Below the pieces are notes generated by a model. It had not been told where the DNA came from. It ran no database searches and saw only the letters and a program-made list of their open reading frames with translations. The position numbers were made by a program, and so were the translations under genes. From NCBI RefSeq assembly GCF_000142905.1, contig NW_013657671.1:428797-450497 (forward strand): 21,701 bases of DNA, read 5' to 3'. Positions 1 to 8,431 of this stretch are shown here, in pieces (the stretch's first letter is position 1; each line of letters opens with the position of its first letter). This DNA comes from Thecamonas trahens ATCC 50062. Taxonomy: Eukaryota; Protista; Apusomonadida.

Positions 1-98
1 CCCCCCCCCCCCCCCCTTCCGATCATGATCAAATCATATGTTGGGCGATACAAACTGCGACCTTTTCTCAGCCTCACCCTCACTCTCACCCGCCCGCA
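1..98 (+). other. 3' end of an intron of the fimbrin gene. It is pyrimidine-rich with a C16 homopolymer at 1-16 and an acceptor ...cgcccgcag at 91-99.
   Basis: The fimbrin reading frame opens at 99-100 directly after 'cccgcag', with no in-frame ATG. The EF-hand and about 50 aa of N-terminus are missing relative to full-length fimbrins. The preceding tract is C/T-rich, and 'tttctcag' at 62-69 is an alternative acceptor. Confidence 0.5.
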
Positions 99-1868
99 GT
101 GTTCGATGACGACGGCAATGGATCGATCGACACCAACGAGCTCCGTCAGGTGATGGTCAACATGGAGATGGATGTGGATGAGAAGCAGCTGCAGGAGATC
201 ATTGCCGAGGTGGACGAGGACAACTCGGGGACGATCGAGTTTGCCGAGTTTATGGTGCTGATGAAGAACGCCAAGACGTCCGGGTCGAAGATGGCTGCGG
301 TGGTGGAGAAGGCCGGAGACATGTACAAGGTGCAGGGTGCAACCGACTCGTCGGCACACTCGTTCTCGGAGGAGGAGAAGACCTCGTTCTCTGACTACAT
401 CAACATGGCGCTGGCGCACGACTCGGACCTCGCGCACCTGCTCCCGATCGACGCGGCGTCGATGGACCTGTTCGAGGTGGTCAAGGATGGCATTTTGCTG
501 TGCAAGCTGATCAACGAGGCCGTGCCCGGGACGATTGACGAGCGCGCCATCAACAAGAAGCCCAAGAACGCGTTCTCGCGGGCAGAAAACCTCAACATGG
601 CGGTGGCGTCTGCGGCAGCCATCGGCGTCAACGTGGTCAACCTCGGGCAGGACGACCTGACCTCGGGCAAGCACCACATTGTGCTCGGTCTCATCTGGCA
701 GCTCATCCGGATTGGGCTCATGCGCGCGATTAACCTCGAGGCGCACCCCGAGCTGTACCGGCTGCTCGAGGAGGGCGAGTCGATCGAGGACCTCATGCGG
801 CTGCCTGCCGACCAGATTCTTCTTCGGTGGCTCAACTACCATCTGGCGGCTGCCGGCTCGCCGCGTCGGGCGACCAACTTTGGCAAGGACCTGTCTGACT
901 CGGAGATCCTGACTACGGTGCTTGCGCAGGTCGGCCCGCCGTGTGACATGTCGCCGATGAACGAGAGTGACAAGCTCCGCCGCGCCGACGCCATGCTTGC
1001 CGAGGCCGACAAGATCGAGTGCCGCAAGTTTGTGACGCCCAACGACGTGACGTCGGGCAACTCGAAGCTCAACCTGCTGTTTGTGGCGAACCTGTTCAAC
1101 ACTCACCCCGGCCTCGCCGAGCTCACCGAGGAGGAGGCGCAGGAGATCGACATGGACTTTGACCTCGAGGGTGACCGCGAGGCTCGCGTCTTTGCGCTCT
1201 ACCTCTCCTCGCTTGGCGTCCCTGTCACTAACCTGTACGAGGACCTTCGCGACGGCCTCGCCCTGCTCAAGGCCTTTGATGCCGTCGAGCCAGGCATCGT
1301 CAACTGGAAGAAGGTGGCCACCAAGGTGCCCATCCGCCGCTTCTCGGCCATCGCCAACTGCAACTACGCTGTTGTTCTCGGCAAGTCGCTTCACTTTTCT
1401 CTTGTCGGCGTCTCGGGCGACAACATCAACGAGGGCGACCGCACCCGCACCCTCGCCGTCGTCTGGCAGCTCTGCCGCTTCCACCTGCTCAAGGTTCTCC
1501 GTGAGCTCGGCGGCGGCGCCAAGATCGAGGACGCCGACATGATCAAGTGGGCCAACGATACCGTCGGCGGCGTCTCGACCATGCGCGACTTCCGCGACAA
1601 GTCGCTCTCCAACGCCGTCTTCTTCCTCGACCTCATCAACGCCATCAAGCCCGGCATCGTCGAGGCCGAGTACGTCATCCGCGACGCCTCGTCCGAGGAG
1701 GACAAGACCAACAATGCACGCTACGCCATCGCCCTTGCCCGTAAGCTCGGTGCCCTCATCTTCCTCCTTCCCGAGGACGTCGTCGAGGTCCGCCCCAAGC
1801 TCATCCTCACCCTCGTCGGTACTCTCATGCAGGTTGCCAAGCGCGGCTCTGCCGGCCCGTCGGCCTAA
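99..1868 (+). CDS. SAC6: Fimbrin/plastin (actin-bundling protein), 3' exon of 589 codons: one EF-hand loop plus four calponin-homology (CH) domains. TAA stop at 1866-1868.
   Basis: The EF-hand loop DDDGNGSIDTNE fits DxDxNGxIxxxE. CH-domain signatures include DGILLCKLINEAVPGTIDERAINKK, LLRWLNYHL, ARVFALYLSSLGVPVTNLYEDLRDGLALLKAF and KWANDT...VFFLDLINAIKPGIVE. GC3 codon bias is strong. The frame enters from an upstream exon, and the first codon at 99 is GTG. Confidence 0.9.
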   Translation: MFDDDGNGSIDTNELRQVMVNMEMDVDEKQLQEIIAEVDEDNSGTIEFAEFMVLMKNAKTSGSKMAAVVEKAGDMYKVQGATDSSAHSFSEEEKTSFSDYINMALAHDSDLAHLLPIDAASMDLFEVVKDGILLCKLINEAVPGTIDERAINKKPKNAFSRAENLNMAVASAAAIGVNVVNLGQDDLTSGKHHIVLGLIWQLIRIGLMRAINLEAHPELYRLLEEGESIEDLMRLPADQILLRWLNYHLAAAGSPRRATNFGKDLSDSEILTTVLAQVGPPCDMSPMNESDKLRRADAMLAEADKIECRKFVTPNDVTSGNSKLNLLFVANLFNTHPGLAELTEEEAQEIDMDFDLEGDREARVFALYLSSLGVPVTNLYEDLRDGLALLKAFDAVEPGIVNWKKVATKVPIRRFSAIANCNYAVVLGKSLHFSLVGVSGDNINEGDRTRTLAVVWQLCRFHLLKVLRELGGGAKIEDADMIKWANDTVGGVSTMRDFRDKSLSNAVFFLDLINAIKPGIVEAEYVIRDASSEEDKTNNARYAIALARKLGALIFLLPEDVVEVRPKLILTLVGTLMQVAKRGSAGPSA

Positions 1869-2077
1869 CTGGTCGGCTTCACCCATCGTCGCCCCTCCTC
1901 CCCTGTCCTGCCGGCTTTGCTCTGACTGGCACCTGGACCTATCATCGTGGTAAAACCAACCAACCGTCCCACTGTTCGCTCGCCACTGGTTTGCATTGCA
2001 AGCCGACAGCCTGCCTGGCGCTGTCACCGCCGTACCAGCAACAGCCCACCAACCACCCCACTCCCCCCGCCGCCACC

Positions 2078-3208
2078 ATGGCCATCAAAGACGCATCCAC
2101 CTCCCGCCTCACCGCTTATGTGGCAGTGTGTGTGGCAGCCGGCCTGGCGTCAGTCGTGGCGTGCCTGGCTGTCCTTCTCCTCCGTGGCCGGCGTCTGCTC
2201 TCTTCGCCGCCGCGACGTGCGCTCGGTGCCCTGTTCGCGTGTGATCTGGCGGCTGCTCTTGGCCTGGTTGTTGCTGGGTGTATGTGGCTGACTCCCTCGC
2301 TCCGCTACGACTCAGCCTGCTACGTCCTCGGTGCATGGGTCTACGGCTGGTATCTGGCGAGTTTTGTATGGACGGGTGCCTTTGCCCTCGAGATGTATTG
2401 CCTCCTCTCGGTCCGCCCACAGGCATCGGCTGCCGCCCGTCGCTTTGTCATCGCCTGCCTGGTCTCGGTCACTGTTCCTGGCGGTCTGCTGGCGCTGGTC
2501 TGCATCCGCGCCGCGAACCAGCCGCCCGGCGCCGAAGTGCGCATCCATCACGGCGATCCGGACTCGTCGTGGTGCATGTGGGATCCACAGTCGTACTCGC
2601 TTGTCGAGATGCTCACCTTTTACGTCCCGCTCGCGCTGGCACTTGTTTGTGTCACGTGCCTCTACATCGCCATCAACCGTCGGCTCCGCTCAGCCATTGC
2701 CTCGTCTGGCATCGTGACCGACAAGGAGCGTGCCATGTCCAAGTCGGTCCGCACCTCATCGCTGCTCTACATCGGCATCTTTGTCCTCTGCTGGATGTTC
2801 TCGCTCGCGGCGGCAATTCTCAACAACATTGCCTACTTTTCGTCTCGCATCACTGGCAACGACCTCTTCCCGCTCTATCTTGCCATGGGTATCACTGCTC
2901 CCTCGCAGGGCTTTTTCAACGCCATCGTTTACGGCTTTGACGACTGCTGTGTAAGCGGAGCTCGGCGCCGCCGGCGCCGCCATGGTCGCGAGGCCGAAGC
3001 CCTCCTCTCCACCACCCCCACTGCAGGCTCGCCTTTTGTTGTTGCTCCTCTCTTTCGCTCCTCGGTTCAGGCCAACGACTCGTCGTCACACTTCCGGACA
3101 CACGTCCCTACGCCGGTGCACTACGGCGCCGGTTCGTCGCCGGGCCTCGCTACCAGCTCGTCGTTTGTGGCTGCATCGGGCGAGTCGTCGCTTGGGCGCA
3201 TGCGCTGA
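2078..3208 (+). CDS. Seven-transmembrane GPCR, cAMP-receptor-like (Dictyostelium cAR / fungal class V CRL family) candidate, 376 aa.
   Basis: ATG in a gccaccATGgcc context. The ORF-track start at 1991 is TTG. Seven hydrophobic helices: LTAYVAVCVAAGLASVVACLAVLLL, ALGALFACDLAAALGLVVAGCMW, CYVLGAWVYGWYLASFVWTGAFALEMYCLL, FVIACLVSVTVPGGLLALVCI, LVEMLTFYVPLALALVCVTCLYIAI, LLYIGIFVLCWMFSLAAAIL, LFPLYLAMGITAPSQGFFNAIVYG. The TM3 and TM6-TM7 patterns (CY..A.V.....FA.W......LE.Y ; F.LCW.F......I.N) resemble cAR1. Short N-terminus and Ser/Arg-rich C-tail. Confidence 0.75.
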   Translation: MAIKDASTSRLTAYVAVCVAAGLASVVACLAVLLLRGRRLLSSPPRRALGALFACDLAAALGLVVAGCMWLTPSLRYDSACYVLGAWVYGWYLASFVWTGAFALEMYCLLSVRPQASAAARRFVIACLVSVTVPGGLLALVCIRAANQPPGAEVRIHHGDPDSSWCMWDPQSYSLVEMLTFYVPLALALVCVTCLYIAINRRLRSAIASSGIVTDKERAMSKSVRTSSLLYIGIFVLCWMFSLAAAILNNIAYFSSRITGNDLFPLYLAMGITAPSQGFFNAIVYGFDDCCVSGARRRRRRHGREAEALLSTTPTAGSPFVVAPLFRSSVQANDSSSHFRTHVPTPVHYGAGSSPGLATSSSFVAASGESSLGRMR

Positions 3209-3215
3209 TGATCAG

Positions 3216-6200
3216 CTACACTGGCGAGTGCATGCCAAGCTTGGTGTTGAAGTCGAGGTACAGCCGCTTCTGCGCCTTGAAGAATGCGGCGCGGACTTTG
3301 CGCTTGATGACTTCGTCCCATATGACGACGGCGACGCCCCAGGAAACCAAAAAGGCCCACCAAAGCGGACTGACGCGCTCGAGGAGCGCCGTCTGCCAAA
3401 CACGGGCTGCCTCGATGAGCACCACTACACTGGCAACCAAGAGCCACGCTGGGTTCCGCCACGGAGCCACGACGCGCATCGAGTGGTAGTGGTGGTGGAA
3501 GACGGCCGATTCAACGAGTGCGAGCCAGACAAGAACCGTGACCACCGCGCCTGGTGCAGCGGCGGCTAGCGCGGTCCCGGCTGCAGCAGATGGTCCGACC
3601 CGCAAGGCGAGCTCTCGACTGATGGCACGAAGCTCTCGCGCGTGCCACCCGACGGTGTCGTTTTTGCGCGGAAGGAGCTTCATGATGCCCGGCGCCTCGG
3701 GCCCGGACATAAAGGCGAGAGAAACCAGTGGGACCACAAACCAGGCGATGTAGAGAACGGCCGCAGCCGAGACCTCGGCGCCAAGGCCAAGGCCGTAGAG
3801 GCCGACCACAACAAGCGCGACGAGCAGATGAAGCGCCACCGTGTACATGTAAAACGCCGAGACCAAGTCTTGGACCCGACGCCCCTCGCGGATGAATGGG
3901 AGCAGCATCTGGAGCTGAGTATCCTTGGGCGCCTTGAGCGAGCAGGGAAGCGTCGTCAGCGCCCGCGAGACGTCGTCCATGGACGCGTACGCGTGCATGA
4001 TCGACGGCGCCACCGCCCGCGCCGCGGCGGTCGTCGACTCGCGGTGGCGGAGGCAGCGGAGCGGAAGCGATGGCTCAACCGCCATAGCAATGTCTGACTG
4101 CGCAAAAATGGGCGAGTTAAAGTAGTTGAGCGCCGAGCCGAGACAGAAGACCACATCACCATACTCTTGGAAAATCTCCATCATTTGTCGCGATGCTGAA
4201 GGCGTGGCCTCAGAAAAGAGCGGTACAAGGAGCGGGACGTTGTCGACGTACTTGATATGGCTTCGCATCTCGGACACACCGCGTGGGAGTCGGGCCTTGA
4301 TCTCCGACATGCCGCGCGGGTCGTGCTCGACGTTCTCGACGGTCCGCTCCTGCAAGGTGATGCAGGTGTTAAAGTCGGTCTCGAGACCGAGCTTGTTGGC
4401 GAACGACTTCGAGATGCGCTCGTTGTCAGGCGAAAAGTAGACGAGCCGGATGCCGGCCGAGTTGAGCTCCTTCACCACGACGTCCATGTTCCGCTTGGGC
4501 TGCTCGGCCAGGTTGACGAGGCCGAGGAAAATCTGCCCACGGAGCAGTGTTCGCAGCCGGGCGCCGTACCCGCGCCGCGCTTGGGTCCCCGACGCAAGGA
4601 CGGCATACGAGCCGGCGCCGCGGCGGGTCGTCGAAGCCGCCCACTCGGCAAAGACAACGTCCGAGACGTCGGCAACGTCGGCGAGCCAGCTCGCGTCCGA
4701 GAGAACAGGCTTGTAGGCCATGCCAGTGGTGTGCCATCGGCCCCACTTTTGCGAGGTCTCCAGGATGCGTTCGCGGGCGGAGGGCGTTAGCTCGACAACT
4801 TGCGAGCCGTCAAAGGCCCACAGGCAGTGGGCCAGTACAAACTCAGGCGAGCCTTTGGTCATGACTTGCAGCTCGCCGTCGTCGTCAGCAACGACCGAGG
4901 CGTTGAGAAACGGCGCGGCCCACGACTTGTTCGTAGTCGAGCACCCGGGCAGCGCGTCGATGGCCTGCTGCGCCTTGGCGAAAAGCATGACCTCGTACTT
5001 GCGGGTGTAGACGGCCGGGACGGCATCGGTGAAGCCAATTTGCTGGGCAAGGAGGCACATGCACGCCCGGCCCGACTCGGCCGAGTTGAGCCGCTTCTGG
5101 TACGCGGTGAGCCAGCGAAGTCGGTCGTCGACGGTCGATGCGAGCAGCGGCGAGTCACAGAGCGGATTGAGAAGAGCAGCGAGGCCGAGCGGCTTCAGCG
5201 AGGTCATGAACGACGGCCAGTCGGCCTCGACAAATCGGAGCTCGTACTGCGCCTGCCGCCCGGTGTGGAGGTGCGATCGCAGCGGTTCTGCAGCTTCGGC
5301 CTCCTCCACCGAGCCGCCCGAGCCCACAGCCGGGCCGGCAGCAACAACGACGCCGGACGTGGCCCGGACCGAGACACCGTCGCCGACGTCCAAAACCGCG
5401 CCACCCGTCGAGGCCGCGGGCGAGAGCGCGGCAGCCCATGTCTCGGCAAATGTCATTGGGACATCCTCACCCTCGGTGACGACGCCGGCTTGCCCAGCGG
5501 ATGGCACCTGTGGAGCAAGGGTGAGGACGTGGTGCTCGGCGGTCGGCGCGAGAAAGAAGACCTTGTCGACAAGAAGCGACGGCCGCGAGATGACGCCCGA
5601 GCCGTCGACGCAGCAGAGGACCGTTGTGTCGCCGAGCGTGTACAGGAGATTGGTAGTCCGCGCGAGGCCGAGGCCGCGGCCCGAAACATACTTCCAGAAT
5701 GAAGCCCATAGGAGCGAGAGCGGGAGCAGGGCTCGTTTGCGGGTAAAGAGCATGTCGCGCGAGTGGCGGATGGCAAACTCGTCGTCGAACTCGTCCATCT
5801 CGGACGAGCCGAGCTCGTTGAACTGGTCCGACGAGATGTCAAACTCAAGGTCAGACGACTTGAACTCTGACGAGTTGGAGTTGAGCGCAACGTCTTCGGT
5901 CGACGACGACGATGATGATGATGACGACGACGACGAGAAGAGCGGCGACGCCGCAAGCGACTCGTTGAGCTGGGTGATTTGCTTGAGCAGGTCAAAAATG
6001 AGGTGGAGCCGGGCGTTGCCATAAGCGGTGACCACAAAGACCGGAAGCGATGAGACAACAAGGGCAAGCACGACGTAGACTTGACGAAGGACGAGGATCT
6101 CGAGCCAGTCGATGAGCGCGCGCGGTTGTGTGCCCACAATGATCCAGGTAATGTTGGCGGCGGCGGCAAGCGCGACGAGGACAAGTGCAACGTTGTTGTA

Positions 6201-7799
6201 GTACTTGCGGCCGAGGCGGAGTCGGGTCATGAACGGCGCCTCGCGGCGTGGGACCTTGGGTGGCTCGGCTGTTACAACCTTGCGCTCGGGTGGCGCAAAG
6301 GTGAGCGTGCTGAGCATGTCGCCGTCGGGCCCGGCCGAGGTGGCGTCAGCGGCAGTCGATGCCGGGTCGATAGCCTGTGACGCCGACTCGAGGCCGGTCA
6401 CCATAGGCGCGATGTCGGCGAGCGAGACAACGCCCGAGTCAGGAACAGGCTCGGACGCAAGAACCGAGGCGTCATCAGACGCAGCAGTAGGCGGGCCGGT
6501 GGGAAGGTCGGCGATCGGGAGCTCGTCAGGCGTGATGAGCGACGGGAGTGCAGCCGCAAAGAGGCGTGCGCCGCTAGCCACCGACATGGCCGACGCGACG
6601 GCGTGGGTCTGGGCGTCGTTAAAGCCGCGCGGGCGGGCAGATCGAGAAGAGAGCGGCGAGAGGACGTCGGAGGAGAACGACGAAGACGACGATAGTGACG
6701 AGAGCGACTGTGGAGGCGGGCCATCGGCAGCCTCAAGTGAGAGCGCATCGTCAGCGTCGTCAACGTGGAGCAGATCGGCGACGAGGTCGTCATCGGCCTC
6801 TTGCTCCTGCTGCTCCTCGAGTGGTTGACGTGGGTGCAAGCGCGAGTGCGGGCGCGAGTGCGGGCCATCAGCGGCCTCGCGAGCGAGCGCGTCGTGTGGG
6901 TGGGTGGCGAGCGCCGAGAGCTCTTCCTGCTGCTCGAACGAGTCACTCGCTGGTGACGGGTGGTCGGGCCCGAGGTTGGCGGCCTCGAGCGCGCGGCGGC
7001 GGTGGGCGCGGTCGAGGAAGAATATGTTCGTGTTGGCCGGCATGCAAAGGGCCACGTCGAGAGTCTTGGTGACCGGGGTGGCGGCGAGACGGAAGCGAGC
7101 ACGACCGCCGAGAGCATGGATGGCCGACTTGTGCTCGTGGCTCGGATCGACGGCGTAGGGGCGAGCCGGTTGATCGGCGGGTGGGTCTGCCACACAGTCG
7201 CAGGGCAGGAGATCTTTGAGCGGTTCGCCTTCTGCAAGCTCAAACCCAACCGATCGAGCGTATATGACCGAGGCAGCCGCCGGGGCACGCTGGCCAAGTT
7301 CCAGCTCGATGACGTCGCCGGCCACGAGGAGATCAGGCGGGAGTGAGCGCCAAGCGTGGTCACGCAGCGCTGTGATGCGGGTCTTGGACTCTGTGCGCGG
7401 GGCATCAATGTGGGCGGCTTCGTCGACGTAGTACCCACGTGAGGCGGCAAGGGCGGCGATCTGGCGCATAACTCTGCAGCGCATCTCGTTGGCTCCGCAA
7501 AACTCGTCCCATGCCTCGACTGCGACGTTGACAACAGCGCCAACAAGTACGGTTGCGGTCTCGAGGCCAAGCTGCATGCCACGGCCCCCAAGCGCCCAGA
7601 TTGCGGCCATGATGACGGCCAAGGCTGCGAGGGCGATGTTCATGGGCGAGGCGGCAGCAGCAGCGAGCGCAGCGGCGAGTGTGATCGGTGGCGGCAACAT
7701 CCGCTCCATGGTCCCGACTAGCTGCGCGTTTGCAGTCAGCGTCCGCGGCGAACGCTGCGGTAGGCCGATGGCCGCGTGACAATGCGGTGCATCGGTCAT
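3216..7799 (-). CDS. P2-type (SERCA-like) P-type ATPase homologue with degenerate catalytic motifs, a probable pseudo-pump (possibly TMEM94-like). Open ORF 3216-8369; first ATG at 7799.
   Basis: Aligned by eye to the SERCA core. TM1/TM2 are followed by an actuator-domain-like LVAGDVIELELGQRAPAAASVI (cf. LVPGDIV.L..GD.VPAD). TGES is replaced by AEGE. The phosphorylation loop TLGDTTVLCCVDGSGVIS aligns with TLGSVTVICSDKTGTLT: the Asp is kept, and KTGT becomes GSGV. KGAPE is KGSPE. FLGLVNLAEQPKRNMDVVVKELNSAGIRLVYFSPDNERIS aligns with FVGVVGMLDPPRKEV...DAGIRVIMITGDNKGTA. The hinge VAMTGDGVNDAPAL becomes VFCLGSALNYFNSPIF. The C-terminal part carries multiple TM helices. The ORF-track start at 8369 is TTG. 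The 190 codons upstream of the first ATG are Pro/Ser low-complexity, overlap a CT-rich promoter-like tract and are treated as 5'UTR. Confidence 0.8.
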   Translation of the reverse strand: MTDAPHCHAAIGLPQRSPRTLTANAQLVGTMERMLPPPITLAAALAAAAASPMNIALAALAVIMAAIWALGGRGMQLGLETATVLVGAVVNVAVEAWDEFCGANEMRCRVMRQIAALAASRGYYVDEAAHIDAPRTESKTRITALRDHAWRSLPPDLLVAGDVIELELGQRAPAAASVIYARSVGFELAEGEPLKDLLPCDCVADPPADQPARPYAVDPSHEHKSAIHALGGRARFRLAATPVTKTLDVALCMPANTNIFFLDRAHRRRALEAANLGPDHPSPASDSFEQQEELSALATHPHDALAREAADGPHSRPHSRLHPRQPLEEQQEQEADDDLVADLLHVDDADDALSLEAADGPPPQSLSSLSSSSSFSSDVLSPLSSRSARPRGFNDAQTHAVASAMSVASGARLFAAALPSLITPDELPIADLPTGPPTAASDDASVLASEPVPDSGVVSLADIAPMVTGLESASQAIDPASTAADATSAGPDGDMLSTLTFAPPERKVVTAEPPKVPRREAPFMTRLRLGRKYYNNVALVLVALAAAANITWIIVGTQPRALIDWLEILVLRQVYVVLALVVSSLPVFVVTAYGNARLHLIFDLLKQITQLNESLAASPLFSSSSSSSSSSSSTEDVALNSNSSEFKSSDLEFDISSDQFNELGSSEMDEFDDEFAIRHSRDMLFTRKRALLPLSLLWASFWKYVSGRGLGLARTTNLLYTLGDTTVLCCVDGSGVISRPSLLVDKVFFLAPTAEHHVLTLAPQVPSAGQAGVVTEGEDVPMTFAETWAAALSPAASTGGAVLDVGDGVSVRATSGVVVAAGPAVGSGGSVEEAEAAEPLRSHLHTGRQAQYELRFVEADWPSFMTSLKPLGLAALLNPLCDSPLLASTVDDRLRWLTAYQKRLNSAESGRACMCLLAQQIGFTDAVPAVYTRKYEVMLFAKAQQAIDALPGCSTTNKSWAAPFLNASVVADDDGELQVMTKGSPEFVLAHCLWAFDGSQVVELTPSARERILETSQKWGRWHTTGMAYKPVLSDASWLADVADVSDVVFAEWAASTTRRGAGSYAVLASGTQARRGYGARLRTLLRGQIFLGLVNLAEQPKRNMDVVVKELNSAGIRLVYFSPDNERISKSFANKLGLETDFNTCITLQERTVENVEHDPRGMSEIKARLPRGVSEMRSHIKYVDNVPLLVPLFSEATPSASRQMMEIFQEYGDVVFCLGSALNYFNSPIFAQSDIAMAVEPSLPLRCLRHRESTTAAARAVAPSIMHAYASMDDVSRALTTLPCSLKAPKDTQLQMLLPFIREGRRVQDLVSAFYMYTVALHLLVALVVVGLYGLGLGAEVSAAAVLYIAWFVVPLVSLAFMSGPEAPGIMKLLPRKNDTVGWHARELRAISRELALRVGPSAAAGTALAAAAPGAVVTVLVWLALVESAVFHHHYHSMRVVAPWRNPAWLLVASVVVLIEAARVWQTALLERVSPLWWAFLVSWGVAVVIWDEVIKRKVRAAFFKAQKRLYLDFNTKLGMHSPV
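5902..5937 (-). repeat. (GAY)12 trinucleotide repeat on +. It encodes a run of 13 serines inside the ATPase homologue (sense strand TCR).
   Basis: gacgacgacgatgatgatgatgacgacgacgacgag, read as ...FSSSSSSSSSSSSSTEDV in the minus-strand ORF. Confidence 0.8.
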
Positions 7800-8070
7800 C
7801 GAGTTGCTTTGCAGCGGCGGCAGAGTGGGCGGCGGGTCGGGCAAGTTGGTAGCCGACGGCAGCTGATGGGCAGTAGCGGCCAGGATGTCGGACGCGGCCT
7901 GCAGGACCGATCGCGGAGTGCGGGGCACAGACGCCACTTTGGGCGAGTTAGCTCGGACTGGCGACGATGCGTCTGGAATGACAGCAGCGACGATGGGTGC
8001 CACCGTGGTCGACGCCGACCGTGAGAGAGTGGCGCCTGGGGGCGGTGGGGTGGGGGCGATGGCAAGGGAA

Positions 8071-8140
8071 AGGGAGGAGGAAGAGGAGGAGGAAGAAGAA
8101 GAGGAGGTGGGGGCGGTGGGGGGCGGTGGGGGCGGTGGGT
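8071..8140. repeat. Purine-rich (GAG/GAA)n tract followed by a (GGTGGGGGC)n G-run array, a G-quadruplex-prone motif on + (C-rich on the sense strand of the minus-strand genes).
   Basis: agggaggaggaagaggaggaggaagaagaagaggaggtggg, then ggcggtggggggcggtgggggcggtggg: at least four G3+ runs with 1-3 nt loops. Confidence 0.6.
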
Positions 8141-8249
8141 AGCTCCTCCATGGCCCGGGGTTTGGCGGGGAGTAGAGTGGAGTGGGGTGCGGTCGGCTGG
8201 GGTGAGGTGCTGCGGTGGCGACGAGTGTGAGTCTGAGGAGGGTAGGAAA

Positions 8250-8266
8250 GGGGGGGGGGGGGGGGG
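8250..8266. repeat. G17 homopolymer (poly-C on the sense strand of the downstream minus-strand gene).
   Basis: Direct reading: aaagggggggggggggggggatgatg. Confidence 0.9.
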
Positions 8267-8431
8267 ATGATGAAGAGGTGTGGTATGTATTAGGAGTGCC
8301 AGACTGTGGTTGTGAGAAGGATCGGATCAGAGGGGCGCGTAGTGACGGCGGGCAAGGCGGGCAGGGCAAGGCGGGCAGGGCGGGGCTGCAGCCTGATGGC
8401 GAGGAGGAGGGGGGGGTGGGGGGTGGACAGG

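Noticed and set aside
679-1542. Overlapping small ORFs inside or antisense to the fimbrin exon (679-912 +, 836-1102 -, 1081-1542 +).
   Set aside because: They sit in off-frames of a clearly coding fimbrin exon and have R/S/T-rich nonsense composition.
1991-2077. The upstream part of the GPCR ORF (MHCKPTACLALSPPYQQQPTNHPTPPAAT).
   Set aside because: It starts at TTG. A good ATG context, gccaccATGgcc, sits at 2078, right before TM1. The upstream part is a CA/pyrimidine-rich leader.
4800-7591. Long antisense or out-of-frame ORFs across the ATPase gene (4800-5702 +, 5029-6024 +, 6398-7591 -, 6205-6828 +).
   Set aside because: They have low-complexity R/S/P/A composition and no domain features. 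They are expected by-products of a 62% GC sequence with few stop codons. The ATPase frame carries the conserved P-type segments.
7800-8369. A 190-codon N-terminal extension of the ATPase ORF (MPCPPCPP...SSSSSSSSSSSL...), as listed in the ORF track.
   Set aside because: The listed start at 8369 is TTG, not ATG. The segment is Pro/Ser low-complexity produced by poly-C, (CTC)n and CT-rich promoter-type sequence. The first in-frame ATG is at 7799. It is kept as a possibility only.
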